Positions 1 through 9,023 of a stretch of DNA of 64,000 bases are shown here, piece after piece. The translations under genes and the position numbers were made by a program. Source of the stretch: Candidatus Brockarchaeota archaeon (GTDB taxonomy: Archaea > Thermoproteota > EX4484-205 > JAAOZP01); assembly GCA_017601345.1 (NCBI GenBank), contig JAFNIT010000005.1, forward strand, positions 670-64,669, written 5' to 3'. The notes beneath the pieces are model-generated. The model had not been told where the DNA came from and made no database searches. It saw only the letters and a program-made list of their open reading frames with translations. Each line of letters starts with the position of its first letter. The stretch's first letter is position 1.

Positions 1-17
1 TTCTAGAAAATACTGCT

Positions 18-884
18 TCATTTTACTCGAAAGAGCATTTCCCTAAACGCTTCAAGTTGGTTAATGCTTTTACCAACGTACTCTGCAGCAGTGCCTATGG
101 GTATATTGAGTTTTTCAGCTTCTTCGAAAAATCTTTCAAAATTCTTCTTCCAATTCAAGTCTCTTAACAAGTGATGGTCCAAAATTACTTCCATGGGAAA
201 AATATCCCTTAGTACTTTCAAAGTGTTCTCAACGCTTGTTTCAAGCGCTTCAAAAGGATAATTGAGGCCAAGCATGTAGGTGGATGGGCCGTCCGCGAAG
301 ATTATGTCAGGCTTTTTATCTATTACGAATTTAATCTGAGAATCGAGTGGGAATCCCTGTACATCACTTGTATAAAGAAAGCTCTGGGAAGAATCCTTGA
401 TTACTACCTCTACTACGTAGCCGAGTTTGTCATCGGGTCCATGAGGTATAGGATTGGAGAATTCCAGACTTGTCTCGCCGAAAACATACTCCTTACTATC
501 TGCGGTAACGACTTGTGCTGCAATATGCCTAATCTTTTCTAAAAAGATACTTGCCCTAGTCCTCTGGCTGAAGTTTATCATGTTCTCAGGGTCCTTGACT
601 ATCACTATTCTCCCACCGTAGATTTCTTCAAGGAACCTTGTTGAACTATGGTGGTCGTAGTGATAATGTGTTACTACGATTACTTCACAGTCTTTCGCTG
701 CTGAAGCTATTTTCCTCCAGCACTCTTCGAGGAATTCAAGCTCCTTAGGATGAGGTGGGAGACCGTACCTGCGTGGCGCAACAGCTGCAGCCGGGTCGAT
801 TAACAGCCTTAAGTCTCTGGTTTCAACCAGCGTCGCCATACTCCTAACGCCCATCGAATCAGAGCACAGGGGCTCTATTCTCAA
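18..884 (-). CDS. MBL-fold metallo-hydrolase (archaeal UPF0282-like)
   Basis: Metal-binding motif 'VTHYHYDHH' (HxHxDH type). Overall pattern resembles archaeal UPF0282 metallo-beta-lactamase-fold proteins. Confidence 0.7.
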   Translation of the reverse strand: MRIEPLCSDSMGVRSMATLVETRDLRLLIDPAAAVAPRRYGLPPHPKELEFLEECWRKIASAAKDCEVIVVTHYHYDHHSSTRFLEEIYGGRIVIVKDPENMINFSQRTRASIFLEKIRHIAAQVVTADSKEYVFGETSLEFSNPIPHGPDDKLGYVVEVVIKDSSQSFLYTSDVQGFPLDSQIKFVIDKKPDIIFADGPSTYMLGLNYPFEALETSVENTLKVLRDIFPMEVILDHHLLRDLNWKKNFERFFEEAEKLNIPIGTAAEYVGKSINQLEAFREMLFRVK

Positions 885-965
885 CTCTACGATTTTACAT
901 CCGGATTATCTTGGAATAAAATGTTTCTGACTAGAGATTGTCGGATAGTCTTTTTACTTGCTTAC

Positions 966-1265
966 CTACTCCACGCCTTTTACCCACTTTGAGAACTCTA
1001 GGGCTTTCTTCAAAATCCCCTTTTTAACCAGGGAGCAATAAACCTCTCTCCCCTTTTTAACAGTCTTGACCAAACCGGCGTTTTCAAGAATCCTAATGTG
1101 ATATGAGACGGTTGGTTGGGAAAGATTGAACTTTTCAACTATGCCTGTTATCATCATGCTCTCACTCTCTATTATGGAGAGTATTCTAAGTCGAGTAGAG
1201 TCTGCAAGGGCCTTAAATACTTTAGCCGCCTGCTTATATTCTTCATCCTCTTTTTTAACAGACAA
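966..1265 (-). CDS. ArsR-family winged-helix transcriptional regulator
   Basis: 99 aa. 'FKALADSTRLRILSII ... LSQPTVSYHIRILENAGLV' is the typical ArsR/SmtB HTH. Lies directly downstream of the hox operon on the same strand. Confidence 0.8.
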   Translation of the reverse strand: MSVKKEDEEYKQAAKVFKALADSTRLRILSIIESESMMITGIVEKFNLSQPTVSYHIRILENAGLVKTVKKGREVYCSLVKKGILKKALEFSKWVKGVE

Positions 1266-1397
1266 TCCGCCTCGTTGATAAAATTCTAGAGATTAATATA
1301 TAAATCTTTTGGAAGGAGTTTGGCAAGTAGAAAAAGCCGTCAAAAGTATTGTTTAAAAATAAAAGTCTTAAGTTAAATATATTTTCAAATCTATTTT

Positions 1398-2834
1398 TTA
1401 ACCGCGAGCGACTTCATCTATTAGCCTACCGTTATGGTCGTAAAGCTGAATCCTTATCGGCATCTCTCCTATTGCATGTGTCGCGCAGCTGAGGCAAGGG
1501 TCTAATGCGCGTACGACAGCCTCAACCCTATTAAGCATCCCCTCATTAAGCTTCTTCCCATTCACGTATTTCTTAGCAACCTGGGCAACAGCCTTATTGA
1601 AAGCAATATTGTTATTTACGGTTGCGATTATGAGATTAACCCATGTTATTCTCCCCTGTTCATCAACCTTGTAATGGTGGAACAATGTGCCCCTTGGCGC
1701 TTCAATAACCCCCACGCCTTCTCTCTTGTTGAGAGATGCTTTTGCTTGAACTTCAGTACTTAAGATTTCAGGATCCTCGAGCAGTTCCTTAACCTTCTCT
1801 ATGCAGAAAACAATCTCTATTAAGCGCGCATAGTGATACATGAAAGTATTTTGAATAATCCCGTTCTTCCCAAGCTTCTTGAATTCTTTAAGAAGACCAT
1901 CTGCTATCTCGGTTCCGCAATACGAGGCATTGTTTAGCCTTGCTAATGGACCTACTCTATATGCCCCATCAGGATAACCTATATTCTTCAAATACGGGAA
2001 CTTCATATAGGACCAGTCTTCAACAGCCTCTCCAATATATTCGAAATATTTAGAAGGGTCTAAACGGTCCGCAACAACCTTACCGTCTGGACTTAGAATC
2101 CTTATATTACCATCATAGTGTTCAAGACCACCATCTTCCGTTACGAGGCTCATATAGTATGTTGGGAAGTCGCCGAAATCCCTCATCTCGTTTTTAAAGC
2201 TCTCCATGTTTTTCTTGAAAAGCTCAATGCTGTTTAAAGCGATCCCGATAGCCTTGGGTAAGTCTGCAAGTATCTTTTCAACACTCTCTTTCGATAATGG
2301 TGTTTTTACTCCACCCGGCACAATCCAATCGCTCGAGTGTATTCTTCTCCCCGAGAGTGTTTCGATTATGCTCTGCCCAAACTTCCTAAGCCAAACCCCC
2401 TGTTTAGCAATCTCCGGATATTTCTCGGCAAGCCCCATAATATTCCTCTTAGAGGGCTCTGAATCCAATCCTAGGAGGAAGTCTGGGGAAGAGAGGTAGA
2501 AGAAGCTTAATGCATGCGACTGTATTATCTGACCCATATGCATTAGCCTGCGGAGAAGCTCCGCGGTCCTTGGTATTTTCACCGCTAGAAGGTCGTCGCA
2601 AGCCTTAGCTGAAGCGAGCAGGTGGCTTACTGGGCATATGCCACATATCCTCGAGGTTATTCCAGGCATTTCGTAGAATGGTCTTCCCTCGCAGAATTTC
2701 TCAAACCCTCTGAAATCGGTTACGTGAAACCGTGCATCTTTAACCATATCCTTCTCGTCTAAATATATCGTTATCTTAGCATGTCCCTCTATCCTCGTCA
2801 CAGGGTTTACAATTATCTCCCTACCCATCTCCAA
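1398..2834 (-). CDS. hoxH: [NiFe] hydrogenase large subunit, NAD(P)-linked Hox type
   Basis: N-terminal 'RIEGH' and 'RICGICPVSH'. C-terminal Ni-binding 'DPCLSCATH' followed by a 24-aa extension. Last gene of an E-F-U-Y-H order. Confidence 0.9.
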   Translation of the reverse strand: MEMGREIIVNPVTRIEGHAKITIYLDEKDMVKDARFHVTDFRGFEKFCEGRPFYEMPGITSRICGICPVSHLLASAKACDDLLAVKIPRTAELLRRLMHMGQIIQSHALSFFYLSSPDFLLGLDSEPSKRNIMGLAEKYPEIAKQGVWLRKFGQSIIETLSGRRIHSSDWIVPGGVKTPLSKESVEKILADLPKAIGIALNSIELFKKNMESFKNEMRDFGDFPTYYMSLVTEDGGLEHYDGNIRILSPDGKVVADRLDPSKYFEYIGEAVEDWSYMKFPYLKNIGYPDGAYRVGPLARLNNASYCGTEIADGLLKEFKKLGKNGIIQNTFMYHYARLIEIVFCIEKVKELLEDPEILSTEVQAKASLNKREGVGVIEAPRGTLFHHYKVDEQGRITWVNLIIATVNNNIAFNKAVAQVAKKYVNGKKLNEGMLNRVEAVVRALDPCLSCATHAIGEMPIRIQLYDHNGRLIDEVARG

Positions 2835-2840
2835 CGCCTC

Positions 2841-3386
2841 CTAACCGTATTTGAACCTTCCCTCCAAAGCTGGGGTTCTCCCCTCAAGCAACTCGTTTAA
2901 AACGTAGTTTATCAAGTTGGCTGACGGTGGGCAACCCGGCACGTAGAAGTCTACTTTAACGGCCTCGTTTAAGGCAAGAGCCTTTTTAAGGAGCCGAGGA
3001 ACATGTGTAGGGGTGTTTTGCTTAAGAGTCGCGTTCTCCACGTAAGCCTTCTTCAAGACTTCTTCAACACTATTATTCAAACTGTTTCTCAATGCTGTAA
3101 CATTACCGTTTACAGCACAGTCTCCAAGTGCTACAAGTATTTTCGTATTTTTCCTGATTCTCTTCAAAAGTTCTAACTGTTCCTCGTTTCCAACCGCTCC
3201 CTCAACCAGCGTTATATCAACGTTCTCAGGAAAATTCTTAACATCTGCAATCGGGCTGTAAACAAGCTCAATCTCGCCCGCAAGCTCTAATAGTTTTTCA
3301 TCTTGATCTAAAAACGACATGTGACATCCTGAGCAGCCGCTTAACCAGACTGTTGCAAGCCTCACCTTAGCCAATCGTCTTCTCAC
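2841..3386 (-). CDS. hoxY: [NiFe] hydrogenase small subunit (Hox type)
   Basis: Proximal-cluster cysteines 'CSGCHMSF', 'GDCAVNGN' and 'PGCPP'. Short group-3-type small subunit. Confidence 0.85.
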   Translation of the reverse strand: MRRRLAKVRLATVWLSGCSGCHMSFLDQDEKLLELAGEIELVYSPIADVKNFPENVDITLVEGAVGNEEQLELLKRIRKNTKILVALGDCAVNGNVTALRNSLNNSVEEVLKKAYVENATLKQNTPTHVPRLLKKALALNEAVKVDFYVPGCPPSANLINYVLNELLEGRTPALEGRFKYG

Positions 3387-4080
3387 TCCTCCTACTCATA
3401 ACGAATGATACCAACTCCTTCTTCTTGACTTCTGAAAGAGGCTTACCCTTGACGTAAAGTGCTCCTACTGGACAGACGGCTGAACATTTTCCGCAGGATG
3501 TGCATGATTCAGCAAAACCCCATTTGTCGTCGAGGTCAAAAATCACCTTCGAGTTCTTGCCTCTAAGCATGAGGTCTATCGCATGCACACCCTCAACCTC
3601 GTCGCAAACCCTTATGCAACGCGTGCAAAGTATGCATCTGTTCGGATCGTAGGCGAATCTTTCATGAGTGAGGTCCAGCTCATAATTGGTCCACTTCCTG
3701 TCGACTCTGAGATGGTCGACCCCCAGCTCAGTTGCAAGCTGCTGGAGTTCACAGTTCCCATTGGCTACGCAAACCGAACAGACGTGCGGTCTTTCAGCTA
3801 GCAGGAGTTCTATAGCCCATTTCCGATAACGTCTAAGCCTTTCAGAATCGGTTATGACTTCCATTCCTTCTGCAACAGGCGTCACGCAGGAAGCGAATAC
3901 TTTTGGTGAGCCCCTTATCTCGACGACGCAAACTCTACATCCTCCTAATGATGAAACGCCTTCAAGATAGCATAATGCTGGAATGTATATGTTGTTTTCC
4001 CTAGCAACTTTAAGTATGTTATCACCTTCTTTAGCAGCAACCTTCTTACCATCTATTGTAAGCTCTACCGTCTTACTCAA
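3367..4080 (-). CDS. hoxU: Diaphorase Fe-S subunit, NuoG N-terminal-like
   Basis: 2Fe-2S ferredoxin-like N-terminus ('GGCRVCVVE'), plus 'CILCTRCIRVCDE' and 'CTSCGKCSAVCPVGA' 4Fe-4S motifs. Overlaps hoxY by 20 nt. Confidence 0.85.
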   Translation of the reverse strand: MSKTVELTIDGKKVAAKEGDNILKVARENNIYIPALCYLEGVSSLGGCRVCVVEIRGSPKVFASCVTPVAEGMEVITDSERLRRYRKWAIELLLAERPHVCSVCVANGNCELQQLATELGVDHLRVDRKWTNYELDLTHERFAYDPNRCILCTRCIRVCDEVEGVHAIDLMLRGKNSKVIFDLDDKWGFAESCTSCGKCSAVCPVGALYVKGKPLSEVKKKELVSFVMSRRSEKTIG

Positions 4081-5735
4081 CTCCCTGCACCTCCACCATC
4101 TTTAAAACATTTTCCAGCAGGACACTTTTTCTCAACAATATGCGAAACATACTCGTCTCTGAAATACTTAAGCGTGGTGAGAGTCGGGTTGGGTGCTGTC
4201 TGACCTAGGCCGCATAAGCTGGCCTCCTTAATGAATTCGCAAAGATCTTCGACTTTATCTAGGTCCTGTATATCGCCCTCTCCCTGCGTAAAGCCGTCGA
4301 GAATCTTGTAAAGCTTGTAGAGACCTGCTCTACAGGGTGTGCATTTACCGCACGACTCGTCTACGCAGAATTCAGTGAAGAACTTAGCTGTGTCAACCAT
4401 GCAGGAAGTATCATCCAGCACAACTATGCCGCCGGAGCCCATTATCGCACCGGCTTTAGTTAGAGACTCGTAATCTATGGGAAGGTCTAGAAGTTGCTCG
4501 GGCAGGAAGCCCCCGGAGGGACCGCCAACTTGAACAGCTTTGAAGCGCCTGCCTGGCGGAACTCCCCCGCCTATTTCGAAAACAACCTCCCTAAGAGTTA
4601 TGCCCATCGGGACCTCGATCAACCCAGGGTTGTTAACCTTCCCCGTTAAGGAGAAGCATTTAGTACCAGTACAGTTCTTAGTCCCTATGCTTGAAAACCA
4701 TTCGCTGCCCTTGAGCAGTATGACTGGGATGTTTGCGAGTGTTTCAACGTTGTTTATCAGCGTAGGCTTACCCCATAGGCCTGATTGCGCTGGATAAGGT
4801 GGCCTAGGCCTAGGCATTGCTCTACGACCCTCGATTGAAGCGAGTATTGCTGTTTCCTCGCCTGCTACAAATGCCCCTGCCCCCAGCCTCAGTTCAATGT
4901 CGAAGCTGAAGGCTGTTTCGAAAATCTTCTCTCCCAATAGGCCCATTGACTTCGCTGCTTCAATAGCCTTCTTCAAAGTCTCAACCGCTAGGGGGTATTC
5001 GCTACGCACGTAAATGTAGCCCTTGCTCGCACCTACAGCATAAGCAGCTATAGTCATACCCTCTATTATTGCATGGGGGTCTGCTTCTGCTAGAGTGCGG
5101 TTCGCGAAAACACCCGGGTCGCCTTCATCGAGATTGGCTATTACGTATTTCGGAGAACCGGTTGCTCTCGCAACATATCTCCACTTTAAACCTGTTAAGA
5201 ATCCTGCTCCGCCCCTTCCCTTCAACCCGCTTAAAGCAACTTCCTCTATCACTCCCTCCGGAGTCATTCTGGTTAAAGCCTTTAGCAAAGCGTAGTAACC
5301 GCCTACAGCAATATAATCCTCTATTCTCAAAGGATCTATCTTGCCAGCATTTCTCAAAACTATTCTGAGCTGTTTCTTGAAGTATGCTTCGTTACCGTAA
5401 AGCATGCTTTTAACAGGCCTGTTGTTAACAATATGCTCTTTAACTATCTCCTTAGCTTTTTCGGGAGTAACGTTTTGATAAAGATAGTCGCCGGGCTCAA
5501 CCAAGACTGCGGGGGCTATTGAGCATGTTCCTATGCAGCCTGTCCTAGCTACGTAGCACTCTTCCTCAACCCCAGACTCCTTAACAGCATCCTTAAACGC
5601 ACTCAACACTTTTAAAGCGCCGAAAGGCATGCAGCCGCTTGAACAACATACGTTTATCCTATACCTGTAGGATTTGCGGAGCTCATCCTCCTTCTGAGCT
5701 AGATTACGTAACTCATCTGGCTTCAACCTTCTCAA
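4077..5735 (-). CDS. hoxF: Diaphorase NAD(P)H/FMN-binding subunit, NuoF-like
   Basis: 'GLKGRGGAGFLTGLKW' (NuoF FMN/NADH site) and 'ESCGKCTPCR' 4Fe-4S. N-terminal thioredoxin-like 2Fe-2S domain ('CCSSGC ... GCIGTCSIAP'). 4-nt overlap with hoxU. Confidence 0.9.
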   Translation of the reverse strand: MRRLKPDELRNLAQKEDELRKSYRYRINVCCSSGCMPFGALKVLSAFKDAVKESGVEEECYVARTGCIGTCSIAPAVLVEPGDYLYQNVTPEKAKEIVKEHIVNNRPVKSMLYGNEAYFKKQLRIVLRNAGKIDPLRIEDYIAVGGYYALLKALTRMTPEGVIEEVALSGLKGRGGAGFLTGLKWRYVARATGSPKYVIANLDEGDPGVFANRTLAEADPHAIIEGMTIAAYAVGASKGYIYVRSEYPLAVETLKKAIEAAKSMGLLGEKIFETAFSFDIELRLGAGAFVAGEETAILASIEGRRAMPRPRPPYPAQSGLWGKPTLINNVETLANIPVILLKGSEWFSSIGTKNCTGTKCFSLTGKVNNPGLIEVPMGITLREVVFEIGGGVPPGRRFKAVQVGGPSGGFLPEQLLDLPIDYESLTKAGAIMGSGGIVVLDDTSCMVDTAKFFTEFCVDESCGKCTPCRAGLYKLYKILDGFTQGEGDIQDLDKVEDLCEFIKEASLCGLGQTAPNPTLTTLKYFRDEYVSHIVEKKCPAGKCFKDGGGAGS

Positions 5736-6228
5736 CCCCCACGACGGCTCTAATCTTTTTCAAAACTTCATCTGGAGTGGCTTTCCCAATGGTCTCCCCG
5801 TCAACAATAGTGTTAGGAGCCATTGCGCATGCTCCTATGCATCTGGTTACGAAAAGCGAAAGCTTACCATCAGGGGTCGTCCCACCTCTTTTAACGTTAA
5901 AATCCCTCTCTATTGCTGAAACAATCTCTTCAGCACCCTTAACGTAGCATGCTGTACCCATGCAAACAGTAACAACGTGCGCACCTGGCTTCTTCAGCTT
6001 GAAGAGGTTGTAGAAGGTTGCTACACCGTAGACGTGGCTTGGGGGCAGTCGTAGAAGTTTAGAAATATGCGTCAAAAGGTCCTTATCTAAATACCCGTAG
6101 AGCTCTTGTGCAATATGCAGTATTTCAAGCAGAGCATCCTTCCTATACTGATGCTTTTTGATAGCTGCTTCAAGAAGCGTTAAACGCCTATCCGTCTTTA
6201 AACCGGTTTGTTGAACTCCATCAGGCAT
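5713..6228 (-). CDS. hoxE: Diaphorase 2Fe-2S subunit, NuoE-like
   Basis: 'CMGTACYVKG ... CIGACAMAP' is the NuoE-type 2Fe-2S pattern. First gene of the operon; overlaps hoxF by 23 nt. Confidence 0.85.
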   Translation of the reverse strand: MPDGVQQTGLKTDRRLTLLEAAIKKHQYRKDALLEILHIAQELYGYLDKDLLTHISKLLRLPPSHVYGVATFYNLFKLKKPGAHVVTVCMGTACYVKGAEEIVSAIERDFNVKRGGTTPDGKLSLFVTRCIGACAMAPNTIVDGETIGKATPDEVLKKIRAVVGVEKVEAR

Positions 6229-6394
6229 TTCAGAGCCCTCAGACCTATGGGTTAATTATATTTAAGATTTGCTCTGTTTATACAGTAAATCAACGATGCA
6301 TGCTTTATAGTACTGATGATTTTTCATAATGAGGAAACGTGTTTCCATCTCAAAAATGTTTATAAAAGAGGATGCTCGCTACTGGAAGCTAGAA
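6229..6394. promoter_or_regulatory. Shared divergent control region between the hox operon and the sulfhydrogenase operon
   Basis: AT-rich stretch with several TATA-like boxes ('ttaattatatttaag', 'gtttatacag', 'gctttatagtac') between two divergent operon starts. The right boundary depends on which Met of hydB is used (6329, 6356 or 6395). Confidence 0.4.
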
Positions 6395-7423
6395 ATGTCG
6401 TTTGTATTGAAAAGGGAAGAGCTTCCCCATTTCTCTAAACACATAGTCTCTAAGGGTTACAGTCTTTTTGCACCCGTCAAAAAAGAGGGTCGTAGCGCTT
6501 TCAAGAAGATTGGCGAGGACCATGTTGACGAGATTTCCCTCGACTATATTAGGACTACGATGCCTCCTCTAAAGGCTCTCCTAATACCTCCTAAGGAAAC
6601 TCTGCTGAGGATTAAGGACGGAAGAATCGAGGAGGTTCTTCCAAATCCTGCGGATAAGATTGCGATAATGGGTGTTCATCCCTGCGACGTGAATGCGATG
6701 AGCCTTCTGGAGAGAGTGTATACGGATCGTCCTGAGGACCCTTACTTCAAAGCCAGGAGAAACAGCCTTCTAATAATAGCTTTGAATTGTAAGAGTGCTG
6801 ACGAGTATTGTTTCTGTACATCTTTCGGGACGGGTCCTTCTCTAGATGAGGGTTTCGACCTTCTCCTTACCGACCTAGACGAGGGGTTTCTGGTTGAAGT
6901 AGGGTCGAGGAAAGGGGCTGAACTCGTTGGAGACTTCTACATGCCGAAGGCTTTGAGCACGGACCTTATGGAGAAGGATGAAACCATAAGGAGGGCGAAA
7001 GGGATGATAAGGAAACATGTTAACACTGCAGGGATTCAGAGAATAATGACTGGAGCATTATACAACCCTATTTGGAACGAGCTTGCAGGTAAATGCACTG
7101 GTTGCGGGGCCTGCAATATGGTTTGCCCAACATGCTTCTGCTTCAACGTTGTCGACGAGATTGAGCTGGATTCAGGTAGTGTTTTAAGATCGAGAACATG
7201 GGACGGTTGCCTTCTTTGGGAATACGCTGAAGTAGCGCTGGGCGGAAACTTTAGAAGAGATCTCTCCGCTAGGATAAGGCAGTTCGTCAACCATAAGATG
7301 AATTATTGGCTTAACCAGTATGGTGCATTAGGATGCGTGGGTTGTGGAAGATGCATAGAGCAGTGCCCAGCGAGGATAGATATCACTAATGTAGTCGCCA
7401 GGTTAAGAGGTGAGTTGTTATGA
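6329..7423 (+). CDS. hydB: Sulfhydrogenase-type hydrogenase beta subunit (4Fe-4S protein)
   Basis: 'CTGCGACNMVCPTCFCF' and 'CVGCGRCIEQCP'. Gene order beta-gamma-delta-alpha as in Pyrococcus hydBGDA. The true start may be the internal Met at 6395 ('MSFVLKREEL'). Confidence 0.8.
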   Translation: MRKRVSISKMFIKEDARYWKLEMSFVLKREELPHFSKHIVSKGYSLFAPVKKEGRSAFKKIGEDHVDEISLDYIRTTMPPLKALLIPPKETLLRIKDGRIEEVLPNPADKIAIMGVHPCDVNAMSLLERVYTDRPEDPYFKARRNSLLIIALNCKSADEYCFCTSFGTGPSLDEGFDLLLTDLDEGFLVEVGSRKGAELVGDFYMPKALSTDLMEKDETIRRAKGMIRKHVNTAGIQRIMTGALYNPIWNELAGKCTGCGACNMVCPTCFCFNVVDEIELDSGSVLRSRTWDGCLLWEYAEVALGGNFRRDLSARIRQFVNHKMNYWLNQYGALGCVGCGRCIEQCPARIDITNVVARLRGELL

Positions 7424-8259
7424 GTACTGGATTTGAAAATCCATATGTACCTGCCTTCGCGAAAGTAGTAGAGATTAAAGACGAGAACCCTATAACTAAG
7501 ACTTTTAAACTAAAGATGGTGAATGGTGAAGCATTGAGGTTCAGGCCTGGGCAATTCGACATAATATCTTACTTCGGCGTCGGAGAATCAGCATTCTCAA
7601 TTTCTTCAAGCCCTGAGGAGAAAGATGTTTTCGAAAACACCGTCAGGAAGGTTGGTAGAGTGACTACTGCTCTCTTTAACGTGAAGCCCGGGGATATGCT
7701 CGGGGTCAGAGGCCCATACGGCAAGCCTTGGCCGCTCGAGAAAGTGGTTGGGAATGACCTTATAATAATAGCTGGAGGAATGGGACTAGCCCCATTAAGA
7801 CCAGTAATACACTATATTGCTAAACACAGAGATCTTTACGGCGCTGTCGACATTCTTTACGGGGCAAGGACCCCGGGAGACATGATATACACCTACGAGT
7901 TCGAGTCTTGGAAGAATATTCCGAATACTCGTCTCTACCTCACTGTTGACTATGTTCCGCCGAATACGAAGTGGGAGCATGATGTGGGTGTTGTAACCGA
8001 GCTTTTGAGATATGTGAAGCCGAGGATGCGTTACACTAGCGTTTTTGTCTGCGGTCCAGAGATTATGATGAAGTTCACTGCTCAATTACTGCTTAGAATG
8101 GGCTTCTTCCCTTCAGAGGTATTCCTCTCTTTAGAGAGAAGAATGAAATGTGGAATAGGGAAATGTGGACATTGTCAAATAGGGTATAAGTATGTTTGCA
8201 AAGACGGCCCAGTATTCAATCTGGAGGAGATAGGGCTCCTCCCCGATGTTATTGAGTGA
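7420..8259 (+). CDS. hydG: Sulfhydrogenase-type hydrogenase gamma subunit (FAD/NAD(P)-binding, 2Fe-2S)
   Basis: Ferredoxin-NADP reductase-like fold ('RPGQFD', 'IAGGMGLAPL'). C-terminal 'CGIGKCGHCQ' 2Fe-2S motif. ATGA-type overlap with hydB. Confidence 0.85.
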   Translation: MSTGFENPYVPAFAKVVEIKDENPITKTFKLKMVNGEALRFRPGQFDIISYFGVGESAFSISSSPEEKDVFENTVRKVGRVTTALFNVKPGDMLGVRGPYGKPWPLEKVVGNDLIIIAGGMGLAPLRPVIHYIAKHRDLYGAVDILYGARTPGDMIYTYEFESWKNIPNTRLYLTVDYVPPNTKWEHDVGVVTELLRYVKPRMRYTSVFVCGPEIMMKFTAQLLLRMGFFPSEVFLSLERRMKCGIGKCGHCQIGYKYVCKDGPVFNLEEIGLLPDVIE

Positions 8260-8267
8260 GGTGTTAA

Positions 8268-9023
8268 ATGATGAATGGTAAGTTGAATATTGGCGTATTT
8301 AAACTCACATCGTGCTCAGGTTGTCAAATGGTCTTAGTTCATCTGGAAGAAAGCCTTTTGGAAGTATTGAAATACGCTGAATTAAAATATTTCAGGATGG
8401 TTAGCGACGATGATCTTCCGAACGAACCCTTAGACGTGGCGGTTGTCGAAGGAGCTGTAACTAACGAGGAAGAGGCAATTATGATTAAGAAGATAAGGAG
8501 GATGTCTAAGTTTCTTGTTGCAGCGGGAGCATGCGCAGTCACGGGCGGATTAAACGCTATTAAGAACATCAGTCCAGAAGGTGAAGTGGAGAGCACAGTT
8601 TACTCCTCTCCTGAACACGTAAGGTCTGGGAAAGCATTTGGCTTAAACGAATACGTTAACGTCGACGCATACCTATACGGTTGTCCAATAGATAGGAGGG
8701 AATTGATCAATACATTGATGTCGCTCGTCATGCGCGTCCCGCCCTACATACCTGGTCTCACAGTCTGTATGGAATGTAAGATGAACGGTAACGAATGCGT
8801 ATTCCTGACGAGAGGAGAACTGTGTCTCGGACCTGTTACAGTAGGGGGTTGCAGTGCACTATGTCCATCAAATGGCGTGGCGTGCGAAGGCTGTAGAGGC
8901 GTCTTAAAAGGGACCAATCCTAAGGGCTTGGAGTTGGCTTGGACTAATGCGGAGATCAGCCCAGACTTAATCCGTCTAAAACTGAGAAAGTATAGTGATG
9001 TCTACCAGGTTCCGGCGAGGTGA
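8268..9023 (+). CDS. hydD: Sulfhydrogenase-type [NiFe] hydrogenase delta (small) subunit
   Basis: 'CSGCQMVL', 'GACAVTGG' and 'YGCPID', plus a Cys-rich C-terminal cluster region. Confidence 0.85.
   Translation: MMNGKLNIGVFKLTSCSGCQMVLVHLEESLLEVLKYAELKYFRMVSDDDLPNEPLDVAVVEGAVTNEEEAIMIKKIRRMSKFLVAAGACAVTGGLNAIKNISPEGEVESTVYSSPEHVRSGKAFGLNEYVNVDAYLYGCPIDRRELINTLMSLVMRVPPYIPGLTVCMECKMNGNECVFLTRGELCLGPVTVGGCSALCPSNGVACEGCRGVLKGTNPKGLELAWTNAEISPDLIRLKLRKYSDVYQVPAR

Noticed and set aside
4077-5735. An electron-bifurcating NiFe-HydABCSL-type enzyme rather than a simple Hox diaphorase.
   Set aside because: The NuoF-like subunit ends shortly after the 'CGKCTPCR' cluster. It has no C-terminal 2x[4Fe-4S] ferredoxin domain, which I understand to be typical of bifurcating HydB/NfnB-like subunits. 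This rests on motif reading only and is not excluded rigorously.
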